From contig JBGSYJ010000290.1 of assembly GCA_041750915.1 (NCBI GenBank), positions 1-54,436 of the forward strand: a stretch of 54,436 nt of DNA, written 5' to 3'. A model generated the notes under the pieces. It was not told where the DNA came from. It made no database searches and saw only the letters and a program-made list of their open reading frames with translations. A program made the position numbers and the translations under genes. Positions 37,576-46,037 of the stretch are shown here, piece by piece (position 1 is the first letter of the stretch; each line of letters begins with the position of its first letter). The stretch comes from Thermoanaerobaculia bacterium. GTDB taxonomy: Bacteria; Acidobacteriota; Thermoanaerobaculia; Gp7-AA8.

Positions 37576-40479
37576 ATGGTCATCCTCTTCGCGCCGGGCT
37601 CGGTCTGGCCCCAGGCGACGGACATCGGCGACCCGGGACAGGCGCTCACCCAGTACAGAATCGACCGTTGGCAGACCGAGCAGGGCCTGCCGTTGAACGC
37701 GGTGCACGTTTTTCATCAGACTCGTGACGGCTATCTCTGGGTCGGCACCGGCGGCGGGCTCGCCCGGTTCGACGGCGTTCGCTTCACCACCTTCGAACGG
37801 AGTCAGGTCCCCGAGCTCGCTTCGCTTCCGATCTTCGGACTGATGCAGGATTCCAAAGGGAACCTCTGGATCGGCTATTCGGGCGGCGCTGTGCTCTATC
37901 GGGACGGAGTCTTCAAACGAATCTTCGGCCGCGAGGTGACCGACCGCCGCGTCTGGGCCTTCGCGGAAGCATCGGACGGCACAATCTGGATCGCAACCGA
38001 GGGCGGACTCATTCAGTGGAAGGGAGAAGTGAGACGGATCTATCGAACCGAGGACGGCCTCCCCACCAACAGGTTACGCACGCTCGCCTTCGATCGCGAT
38101 GGGACTTTATGGATCGGCACGACCGGCGGCGGACTCGTATCCATGCGTGGCGATCGCTTCGAGATCATGGATCCGGCCAGCGGCTTCCCCCACGCTGAAG
38201 TGCGTTTCGTGCTCCCGGATCCCGCGGGCGGGATCTGGGCAGCAACAGCCGGCAGTGGGCTCGTGCATGTAAATAGAGGAGAGCTTCGGCACTACACCGA
38301 GGAGGACGGTCTACCTTCGGATCAGCTCACCTCGCTCGCCCGCGACCCCCAGGGCTCGCTCTGGATCGGAACGTGGGGAGAGGGTCTCGCACGGATGCGC
38401 GACGGCCGTTTCACTTCCATATCGACCGAAGGGGGCCTTGCAGGGGCGCAGATCTGGTCCGTTTACACCGATCGCGAAGGGAGCGTCTGGGTCGGCACCT
38501 GGGTCGGTGGGATGAACCGGCTGAGGAACCGCGACTTCGTCGTACTCGGCGCGCCCGAGGGGCTCTCGGGCGACAACGTCCGCTCGGTTCTGCATGCGAA
38601 GAATGGCGTCACATGGGTGACGACGGCGGGTGGAGGGCTGAACCGCCTGGAGAATGGCGTGCTCACGTCGATCACGACTGCCGACGGCCTCCCGAGCGAT
38701 GAGGCGTCCACCCTTTTCGAAGATCCCGACGGATCGATCTGGGTGGGAACCTACACGGGAGGAATCGCCCGCCTGCGCGGGGAAGAGATCGAGACGTGGG
38801 GCGTGGCCGAGGGGCTTCCGCACGTCGATGTCCGGGTGATTCATCGGGACCGGAAGGGGACCTTATGGGTGGGGACCGTCGAGGCGCTTGCTCGCCTTGT
38901 GGGAGATCGCTTCGAGCCGGTCAGCGAGCCGGGAGCGCCTCTCGAGGGCGTGACCGTGATTCTTGAAGACCGCAATGGCACGCTCTGGTTCGGAGCCTCG
39001 GGCGATGGACTGATCCGCTATCGCGACGGTGTTTTCGTCGAAGCTCTGACTCGCGAGGACGGCCTCGTCTCGAACTGGATCATGTCTCTCTACGAGGATG
39101 ATCGCGGAAGCCTCTGGATCGGCACCAACGGAGAGGGGATGAATCGCCTGCGGGACGGGCGGATGACGAGCTTCCGTCCCTCAGACGGCTTGTGGGACGG
39201 GGCCGTGCAGACTCTTCTCCCGGATCGCAAAGGGAACCTCTGGATCACCACCAACCGCGGTTTTTTCAGCGTTTCGCTTCAGGAGCTAGACGCATTCGCC
39301 GAAGGAAAGATTTCGAGAATCACTTCGACCGGATACGGCCCGGGTGACGCGCTTCGAAGCACGACGTTCGCCGGCGCGCATCAGCCGGCGGGAGCCATCG
39401 ACCCGGCCGGACATCTCTGGCTTCCCAGCTTCAGCGGCCTGGTCATCGTCGATCCCGAAAACCTTCCCGGTTCGAGCGGGCCTCCGCGCGTGCACCTCGA
39501 AGAAGTGGTGATCAACGGCGCCGAGAGTCCGGCCGGCGAGGCGATCACGCTTCCGCCCGGTTCCTCGCCGCTCGTGATCCGATACACCGCGTCGACGCTT
39601 CTTCACGCCGACCGTGTGCGCTTCCGCTACCGGATGGAAGGAGCGACTGAAGGGTGGGTGGATGCGGGGCGAAGCCGCGAAGCTTTCTTCCCGGCACTCC
39701 CCCATGGAAAGTACCGATTCCACGTGGCCGCCTCGACCGACGGACAGAGCTGGCGCGAGACGGGAGCTCCCCTGTCGATCACGGTCATGCCGCGCTTTTT
39801 TCAGACGCGATGGTTCATCGCGCTCGCGGTGCTCGGGCTCCTGGCTCTGACGTTCATGATCATGGGGCTGCGCACTCGAGGTCTCCGCCGGCAGAAGGTG
39901 GAGATGGAGCGGTTGGTGGCGGAGAAGACCGAGGAGCTGAGGCTGGCGAACGACTACCTCGCGCGGCTCTCGTACGTCGATGCGCTGACCGGTCTGGCGA
40001 ACCGGCGCGAGTTCGACCAGGCGCTCGACCGGGAATGGCGACGCGCGTTCCGTTTCGGAACCTCCGTCGCCGTCGTGGTTGCCGACGTCGACCTCTTCAA
40101 GGCTTACAACGACACGCTGGGCCATCCCGAAGGGGACCGCTGCCTGAAGGCGGTGGCGGACGTGTTCAGCAGATCGGGCCGGAGGGCGGGAGATGTCGTG
40201 GCCCGCTATGGCGGAGAGGAGTTCGTGGTCCTGATTCCGGGCGCGGACCCGGAGACGGCCAAAGCCCTCGCCGAGAGCCTCCGGGCGGCGTGTGAGGCGG
40301 AGGCGATCCCGCACCCCGCCTCCACGGTGGCGCCGGTGGTGACGATCAGCCTCGGCGTCGCGGCCGGCGTTCCATCGGAAGAGAACTCGAGCGCGAAGCT
40401 GATGGCGGACGCCGACGCGGCGCTCTACCGCGCGAAGCGTGAAGGGCGGAACCGTGTCGTGCTCGCCGACGACCTTTAG
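37576..40479 (+). CDS. Diguanylate cyclase with periplasmic beta-propeller (Reg_prop) and Y_Y_Y sensor
   Basis: Repeated DxxGxLWIGT..GL units; TM helix; DALTGLANRR, ARYGGEEF, ADAALYRAK; start uncertain (37303-37576). Confidence 0.92.
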   Translation: MVILFAPGSVWPQATDIGDPGQALTQYRIDRWQTEQGLPLNAVHVFHQTRDGYLWVGTGGGLARFDGVRFTTFERSQVPELASLPIFGLMQDSKGNLWIGYSGGAVLYRDGVFKRIFGREVTDRRVWAFAEASDGTIWIATEGGLIQWKGEVRRIYRTEDGLPTNRLRTLAFDRDGTLWIGTTGGGLVSMRGDRFEIMDPASGFPHAEVRFVLPDPAGGIWAATAGSGLVHVNRGELRHYTEEDGLPSDQLTSLARDPQGSLWIGTWGEGLARMRDGRFTSISTEGGLAGAQIWSVYTDREGSVWVGTWVGGMNRLRNRDFVVLGAPEGLSGDNVRSVLHAKNGVTWVTTAGGGLNRLENGVLTSITTADGLPSDEASTLFEDPDGSIWVGTYTGGIARLRGEEIETWGVAEGLPHVDVRVIHRDRKGTLWVGTVEALARLVGDRFEPVSEPGAPLEGVTVILEDRNGTLWFGASGDGLIRYRDGVFVEALTREDGLVSNWIMSLYEDDRGSLWIGTNGEGMNRLRDGRMTSFRPSDGLWDGAVQTLLPDRKGNLWITTNRGFFSVSLQELDAFAEGKISRITSTGYGPGDALRSTTFAGAHQPAGAIDPAGHLWLPSFSGLVIVDPENLPGSSGPPRVHLEEVVINGAESPAGEAITLPPGSSPLVIRYTASTLLHADRVRFRYRMEGATEGWVDAGRSREAFFPALPHGKYRFHVAASTDGQSWRETGAPLSITVMPRFFQTRWFIALAVLGLLALTFMIMGLRTRGLRRQKVEMERLVAEKTEELRLANDYLARLSYVDALTGLANRREFDQALDREWRRAFRFGTSVAVVVADVDLFKAYNDTLGHPEGDRCLKAVADVFSRSGRRAGDVVARYGGEEFVVLIPGADPETAKALAESLRAACEAEAIPHPASTVAPVVTISLGVAAGVPSEENSSAKLMADADAALYRAKREGRNRVVLADDL

Positions 40480-40511
40480 CCCATGTGGCAGGGCCTTCCC
40501 AGGCCCTGCCT
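40480..40511. repeat. Family C REP, left arm only
   Basis: Begins immediately after the diguanylate cyclase stop codon. Confidence 0.88.
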
Positions 40512-40608
40512 ATTCCAAATAGTGAATGCAGTGGGCGTTCACCAAACTGTGTGAACCCTGCGGCGCGTTTCGCCGTACGCTGCATGCATGCGCACATTGC
40601 CAGGATTA

Positions 40609-40657
40609 AAGAGTGAAGAGTGAAGAGTGAAGAGTGAAGAGTGAAGAGTGAAGAGTG
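40609..40657. repeat. Heptamer tandem repeat AAGAGTG x7
   Basis: Perfect copies immediately upstream of a start codon. Confidence 0.92.
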
Positions 40658-40668
40658 AAAGGGAAAAC

Positions 40669-41043
40669 ATGAGAAACCGGACAGCTGCAATTGTTCTGCT
40701 CATCACACTCGCCGTTGCAGGAGTGTTCGCCGAAGAAGAAAAGAAGGTGACGCTTGCCGGCGAGGTTGTCGACATGCACTGCTACCTGATCCGCCACGGT
40801 GGAGAAGGTCGGGGCGCCGGGCACGCCGGCTGTGCGAATGCGTGTATCGGCCGGGGTGTTTCAGCGGGCTTCGTGGCCGATGAGGGAACGCTCTACGTGC
40901 TCTTCGACGAGAAAATGGGTTCGCCGAAAGAGCGGATCGCAGGCCTCGCCGGGAAGCCGGTAACTGTGACGGGGGTAGTCGTGGAGCGCGATGGAGTGAA
41001 GGCGTTGAGGCTCCTGTCGATTGAGGAAGTGGCCGGGAGCTGA
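40669..41043 (+). CDS. Small secreted Cys/His-motif protein
   Basis: Signal peptide; GEVVDMHCY and HAGCANAC motifs. Confidence 0.75.
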   Translation: MRNRTAAIVLLITLAVAGVFAEEEKKVTLAGEVVDMHCYLIRHGGEGRGAGHAGCANACIGRGVSAGFVADEGTLYVLFDEKMGSPKERIAGLAGKPVTVTGVVVERDGVKALRLLSIEEVAGS

Positions 41044-41085
41044 CGGGCGATGGCGGCACGGCGATGTGGCCGTCAGTTTTCAGGT

Positions 41086-41652
41086 TCAGCAGCGGGGATT
41101 CTCGGACGTAGCAGGCTTGCATCTGCAATCGAGACATCCGTGATCGGCGCAGGTTCCACACGATGCTTTGACCTGCTTCCGCAGCGCGTCGCGCGCGCGG
41201 AACACGCGCACGGCGGCGTTGTTCGAGGAGATGCCCGCCTCTGCCGCGTAGTCCTGAACGGCGACTCCATCGAGTTCGATGCGTCGAATTGCCTCGGCGT
41301 ACTCCGGTTTCAGCGTCGCAGCAAGACGCGATACGCAGCCGCAGATCGCCGCTTCGATGTCCGGAGGCGGCTCCACCGCACCCTCGATCTCTCGCGCGAA
41401 GGACTCCAGCGCTCTGTTCCGCGCGCCGCTGCGGCGGTATTGGTCGACGACTGAATTCCGGAGCATCCGATAGAACCAGGCGATCGAGGAGGTCTGGTCG
41501 CGGAGCTCCTCGCCCTTTTCCAGGGTTTTCACGAATGCATCCTGCAGGATGTCTTCGGCAATGGCGCGATCGCCGACTCGCCTTTCCAGAAATCCGAGAA
41601 ATGAGCGGTGATTCTCGACGAGCTGCGCGGTGAGTTCGGCGGACATTTGCAT
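41086..41652 (-). CDS. CorE-like metal-responsive ECF sigma factor
   Basis: sigma2/sigma4 motifs, CxC (ICGCV) between them, C-terminal CGTCADHGCLDCRC. Confidence 0.85.
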   Translation of the reverse strand: MQMSAELTAQLVENHRSFLGFLERRVGDRAIAEDILQDAFVKTLEKGEELRDQTSSIAWFYRMLRNSVVDQYRRSGARNRALESFAREIEGAVEPPPDIEAAICGCVSRLAATLKPEYAEAIRRIELDGVAVQDYAAEAGISSNNAAVRVFRARDALRKQVKASCGTCADHGCLDCRCKPATSENPRC

Positions 41653-41778
41653 GGGAACTTTAGCGCGATTGTCTCGGGAAGGGGGAGTCACCATTCACTC
41701 GCTCTGATCACACGCCTGGAAGTCGGGTCATTCGTGATTGGACGCCACGCGTTGCCTGACACCTATGACGGGTGAATA

Positions 41779-41980
41779 ATGCGTCCGAGGTGTCCGGCGG
41801 TGATGCTCGTCTGGAGTCTCGCCCCGGACTACGTTCCGGTGGCATTCGCAGCGGTCGTCGGAGCGCACTTTCTGCCGTTTCAGTGGGTGTATCGAACGCC
41901 GCTCTATGGGATTCTCGGCGTTGTGGTTGCCGTGGGTCCATACGTTCTGGCTGCCTTCGTCGGGGAAGATTCGCTAGCAT
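41779..41980 (+). pseudogene. C-terminal fragment of a membrane protein (DUF7010/DUF6609-like)
   Basis: AAVVGAHFLPFQWVYRTPLY motif; no N-terminal half. Confidence 0.5.
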
Positions 41981-42003
41981 GGCGGGTTCACGCTTGCCCC
42001 GCT

Positions 42004-42101
42004 CTGGCGCCCCTGCCGGGGTGCGGATAACGGAAGGATGTGCTTTTCCGGTGGCTGCGCTTCGCTTGCCACCGGCTACCGTCTGCAGCCCCTTCGGGGC
42101 T
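42004..42101. repeat. Family D element, right half
   Basis: CCCCTGCCGGGGTGCG..TTTCCGGTGGCTGCGCTTCGCTTGCCACCGGCTACC matches 7846-7917. Confidence 0.85.
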
Positions 42102-42132
42102 GGGCATACGCACGACGGCGACGGGTGCCACC

Positions 42133-42163
42133 ACTCAGAACTCAGAACTCACAACTCAGAACT
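42133..42163. repeat. Heptamer tandem repeat ACTCA(G/C)A x4
   Basis: Same family as the arrays at 7676 and 25199. Confidence 0.85.
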
Positions 42164-42168
42164 TCCTC

Positions 42169-43938
42169 TCAGGGTCCCGCGAGTTTTGCGAGCTCGCGCT
42201 TGATTTCGTCGTGGAGGTCTTTGGGGGCGCCGTAGAAGATTTTTACGATGCGGCCCTGCGAATCGGCGAGGAAGAGGGTGGGGACGGCGGGGGGGCCGTT
42301 GAAGGCTTTTCTCAGTTCATCGGTGCCGAGGACGATGCGGGCGTTTGGCTTGTATTTGTCGATGACTTTGTCGATGTCGGGGCGTTCCGATTCGATCGCG
42401 ACGGCGACCATCGTGGCGGATGAGGAGTCCATTCCTTTCATCCATTCGAGCGTGTCGATGCAGTAGGGACACCAGGTTGCCCAGAACTCGACGAGAACGG
42501 GCTTTCCTTTCAGATCGGAAAAGCGGAACGTCGCGCCGTTGAGGTCGGTCATCGCGAAATCGGGAAGGGTGAGATTTGCGGAGCCTTGCACCGCCGGCGT
42601 CTGCGAGTCCGCGACGGCGCCGCCGGAGAGCCGGATGTCGAGCATCTTCTTCAGGTCGGACTGAAACTTCCGGCGGTTCTCGAGGTCGGTCCACGGTATG
42701 TACTTGCCATTGCCCGGACCACCCCACGCGAAGAAGTCTTCAGGTCGCGCCACGAGCGCATCATCGACGAAGATCGCAGGGTATTTGTCCACGCCATACC
42801 CTTCGGCGAGAGGGGAAGCGCCGAGGTCTTCGACGACGAAGCGCGCGCGAGTGCCGTACTGCTGAACCACTTCCTTTGCCAGCAAACTTGCCGGGTCGGA
42901 GAGGCTTCACGTGTAAGGCCAGCGCACGAGCGTGACGGTCACGAGCGATGGAGCTGAAGGTGAGGCCTTCCGGTCGAGGGCAAGCGAGTCGTACAGCGGG
43001 ATGAGATCGTTGCGCACGACTGTGGCGAGCGGCGCCTCTTCGGTGTCGAGCATCGCAACGAGCATCGAACGGACTCCATCTGAGCTCGCAGGATGACCTT
43101 CCTCTGCGGGAGTGATGCCCGCGTCTCGCACACCGGGACGCGTGCTGAGCGCGAGCCTCGATTCGATGAGCAGGATCGCGGAACCTTCGAGAAGGCCGGC
43201 GCCGAAGAGCTCACGCGCTTCCTTGAGACGGACGCTGACGGGAATCATCGAGTTCGCGCCAGGATCGTCGCCGAACACTTTCACTGTTTCGTCTTCGAGC
43301 GCGTCGATGGCAAGGCCGAGAGATTCGCGGTTGATCTGCGCTCCCGTTTTGTGAGCCGGCAGATCGAGCGACGCGACGAAGTCGCGGAACTTCAGATTTC
43401 CATGGGCCTCGGCAAGGTAATAAAGGCCGCTCGACGGAGAGTCGATCTTCGCGTAGGCGATGCTTGCGCGATACAGCTTCTCCGCGCGATTTCCGGCAGC
43501 CTGCACGAGGCCGCGCTGCAGAGAGTGTGTTGCATCATCGGGAATCGATGTTTCGAATCGGGCTTCTGACGACTTCCAGAGCCGTTCGAAGCTCTCGAGA
43601 TCGGCAGAGGCGTCCGCGTTCGCTGCGATGAATGAGAAGGTCTCGAATGCGGTGAACGGGTCTCGAAGCCGGTAGAGTCGAAGTACATCCGACGATGCTG
43701 CCTTCGGTCTGTCGAGAGACGTCGCAGCCGGTTTCGGGACGCCTTTCAACACGCCGGGCAGCTCGGCGCTTTCGTGCTCGACGACAAGACCGTCGAGCCG
43801 TGCGATCTCAGCATCGAGCTGGGAGGTGAGACTGCGCGGCGGCTGAATTGCTGGAGCGCTGCACGAGATGGCGCCAAGCAGGATGGACGCGTACACGACG
43901 CATGCGGGGGCGACGTCTTTCAGATTCTTGCGTTTCAT
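42169..43938 (-). CDS. Putative selenoprotein (589 aa, Sec at codon 344): lipoprotein helical domain + thioredoxin-like UxxS domain + TlpA-like CxxC domain
   Basis: ORFs 42907..43938 and 42169..42885 are in one frame separated by a single TGA: VTVTLVRWPYT-U-SLSDPASLLAKEV; WATWCPYC downstream. Confidence 0.75.
42868..42906 (-). promoter_or_regulatory. Bacterial SECIS-like hairpin
   Basis: TCC..CCGGCA-AGTT-TGCTGG..GGA; apical loop follows the TGA after 18 nt and has G at loop position 2. Confidence 0.6.
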
Positions 43939-44011
43939 CGGAACAAGCCAACGCTACTGCAGCGAGCGCGGATGGGGAAGGGCGTTGTTCGAGAGTTCGG
44001 GGATCTGTGAC

Positions 44012-44056
44012 AGTGAAGAGTGAAGAGTGAAGAGTGAAGGGTGAAGAGTGAAGAGT
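44012..44056. repeat. Heptamer tandem repeat AGTGAAG x6
   Basis: Runs directly into a family B element. Confidence 0.88.
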
Positions 44057-44214
44057 TGTCATCCCGAGCCTGGTTGTGCGAGCGGGCGGGGCGAGGGATC
44101 TCCGGCGATGGTACATATTTGCCTATCGGCCGCGGTCATTACGTCGATAAAGAATCACGAATGTACTATCGCCGGAGATCCCGCCCGCACACCCGCGCTT
44201 GCTCGGGATGACAA
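44056..44214. repeat. Family B palindromic element (small deletion in right arm)
   Basis: TTGTCATCCCGAGC...GCTCGGGATGACAA. Confidence 0.88.
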
Positions 44215-44226
44215 GCACGAGTGTCC

Positions 44227-44385
44227 TCACCTGGGACGGTTCTTCGTCTTCTCTCCCGAGTTTCGCGGTTGATCGGATTTCCGTCCGCCGAAGACGGTCT
44301 GCTGCGGGATCAGGTCGGTGAGCCGGATCGGCTTTTCGGAATCCTCAGCCGGCGGTTTGGCGGGCGGACCTTTCCTCGACACCAT
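44227..44385 (-). CDS. 52-aa peptide with double-glycine-like leader (putative PCAT substrate)
   Basis: ..KPIRLTDLIPQQTVFGG|RKSDQPRNSGEKTKNRPR; last gene behind the C39 transporter operon. Confidence 0.6.
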   Translation of the reverse strand: MVSRKGPPAKPPAEDSEKPIRLTDLIPQQTVFGGRKSDQPRNSGEKTKNRPR

Positions 44386-44398
44386 GAGCGCGACTGTA

Positions 44399-44413
44399 AC
44401 AGGATCAGTGCCA
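44399..44413 (-). promoter_or_regulatory. Possible variant sigma54 promoter for the peptide gene
   Basis: TGGCAC-N5-CTGT (GC changed to GT at -12), 13 nt upstream of ATG 44385. Confidence 0.35.
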
Positions 44414-44851
44414 TCTCGCGATGAGGAGCTGTAAATCATTCGCATCCGACGGGATGAGGATGCATGCAGCGTTCGCGGACGGTGGCGGGCGGCACCGTCG
44501 CGAACCGCGCGCGGCTTTAGAAAAGAACAGCGGAGGCTCTATCCCGGAGCCGCTCCGGAGAGATGGCGGGCGAGCGGTGAATGCGCCGCGCTCATGTCCG
44601 AACAGCTGGCTCTCGAGCAGGGTGTCGCTCATCGCAGATGCGTTGAATGAGATGAACGGCCCGGTCGAGCGGGCAGACGAGTTGTGAATCGCCTGCGCGA
44701 GGAGCGTCTTGCCCGTGCCGGTTCGCCCGAGGATGAGGACGGGGATGTCGGTGCGAGCGGCGAGCGTGGCGAGCTGAAGGCAACGCTGCATCGCCGCGTT
44801 GTTCGAAGTGAGCTCCTCGACCCGGAATCTGGAGAGCCGGTGCTCGGTCAT
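44405..44851 (-). pseudogene. Truncated sigma54-dependent activator (AAA+ N-terminal part only)
   Basis: GRTGTGKT, ESQLFGHERGAFT, then homology ends at ~44577; no Walker B or HTH. Confidence 0.85.
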
Positions 44852-46035
44852 GACTTCAGGTTCTCCCGGATCTTGCGGAGTGGCTCGAACGCGTACTCGA
44901 TCAGCGAGCGGCGGCCGACGGTGATGCGTGCCTCGCCCTGCATCCCGGCGCGCAGCGGATACGTCTTGTCGCCTGATCTGATCTCCGCTCGCTCGAGCGA
45001 TGCCCGCGCGACGAAGGCAGAACCGCCGCTGCGTGAAACGGCGGCCGGACTGATCCAGTCGATCGCGCCTGTGAGCACACCGTAGCGCTGATAAGGGAAC
45101 GCGTCGAAGAAGAGCCGTACCGTCTGCTTCGGCTGGAGTTGCGAAAGCCCGCTCTCAGGGAGCTCGAGCCTCGCTTCGAGCCGTCCGCTGACGGGACTCA
45201 ACTGGCAGAGCTCTTCACCCGGCGCGACGACGCTTCCGGCATTCTGTCGTGTGACTGCGATACAGACGGCATCGTACGGCGCGCGGATCTCCAGCAGCCC
45301 GTTCGAGCTCGCCGTGAGCGGTGCGTCGAGCGCGGCGATTCGAATCGAGAGATCATCCATCGCAGAACGCTCTTCGATCCGCTGCCTTCCCCGTGTGATG
45401 TCGAGCGACTCCCGCTCCAGCTGCCGTTGGGCGAGGTCTTTCCGCGCGAGCTCGAGATCTTTTTCCGACTGTTCGAGACTCAGACGGTGCGCTGCAAGCT
45501 CGATGTCCGAGATGAACCCGGTGGCCGCAAGCTTCTGCACGCGGGCCCAGAGGTCGCGCATCGTCTCGAGATGCCGCGTCCTGAAGGTCATCTCGCGTCG
45601 CGCCTGTTCGATCTCGCTGTCTTTGATGCGCAGCGCCGACGCGTGCGACTCCTCGAGCTTCCGGGCTGTCTGCTGAAGCGAGCCGAGGGACTGTCGCCGC
45701 GCCTCTGTGTCGGTGGTCCAGTCGCGCACATCGTCGACACGCATGATGAAGAGCGGATCACCCTTCTTCACTTCCTGTCCGACCTTCAGGTTCACCCGTT
45801 CGAGCACAGCCTGTCGAGGTGAGGCGATCGGATCAGCGCCTCCGTCAGTGACGAGAACGAAGCGGGCGTCCACCGTTTCGGAAACTCTGACGACGATGGA
45901 AGCGATCACGACGACGGCGAACAGCGTGATGATGAGCCAGGCGAGTGCGCGCACAAACCACGGCGGCGGCTCGCTCGCGACAAGCGGCGCGTCCTCTTCC
46001 CACCTGGAACCCTGGTTGAAATTTGCCGGACTCAT
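44848..46035 (-). CDS. HlyD family membrane fusion protein
   Basis: N-terminal TM, coiled coil, IRAPYD, DAFPYQRYG..G, LRAGM and LIEYAFEPL motifs. Confidence 0.92.
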   Translation of the reverse strand: MSPANFNQGSRWEEDAPLVASEPPPWFVRALAWLIITLFAVVVIASIVVRVSETVDARFVLVTDGGADPIASPRQAVLERVNLKVGQEVKKGDPLFIMRVDDVRDWTTDTEARRQSLGSLQQTARKLEESHASALRIKDSEIEQARREMTFRTRHLETMRDLWARVQKLAATGFISDIELAAHRLSLEQSEKDLELARKDLAQRQLERESLDITRGRQRIEERSAMDDLSIRIAALDAPLTASSNGLLEIRAPYDAVCIAVTRQNAGSVVAPGEELCQLSPVSGRLEARLELPESGLSQLQPKQTVRLFFDAFPYQRYGVLTGAIDWISPAAVSRSGGSAFVARASLERAEIRSGDKTYPLRAGMQGEARITVGRRSLIEYAFEPLRKIRENLKS

Positions 46036-46037
46036 GA

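Noticed and set aside
42169-42885. Independent TlpA gene starting at TTG 42885
   Set aside because: It would start mid-domain with no SD or signal peptide; UGA read-through explains it better, though a nonsense mutation cannot be excluded.
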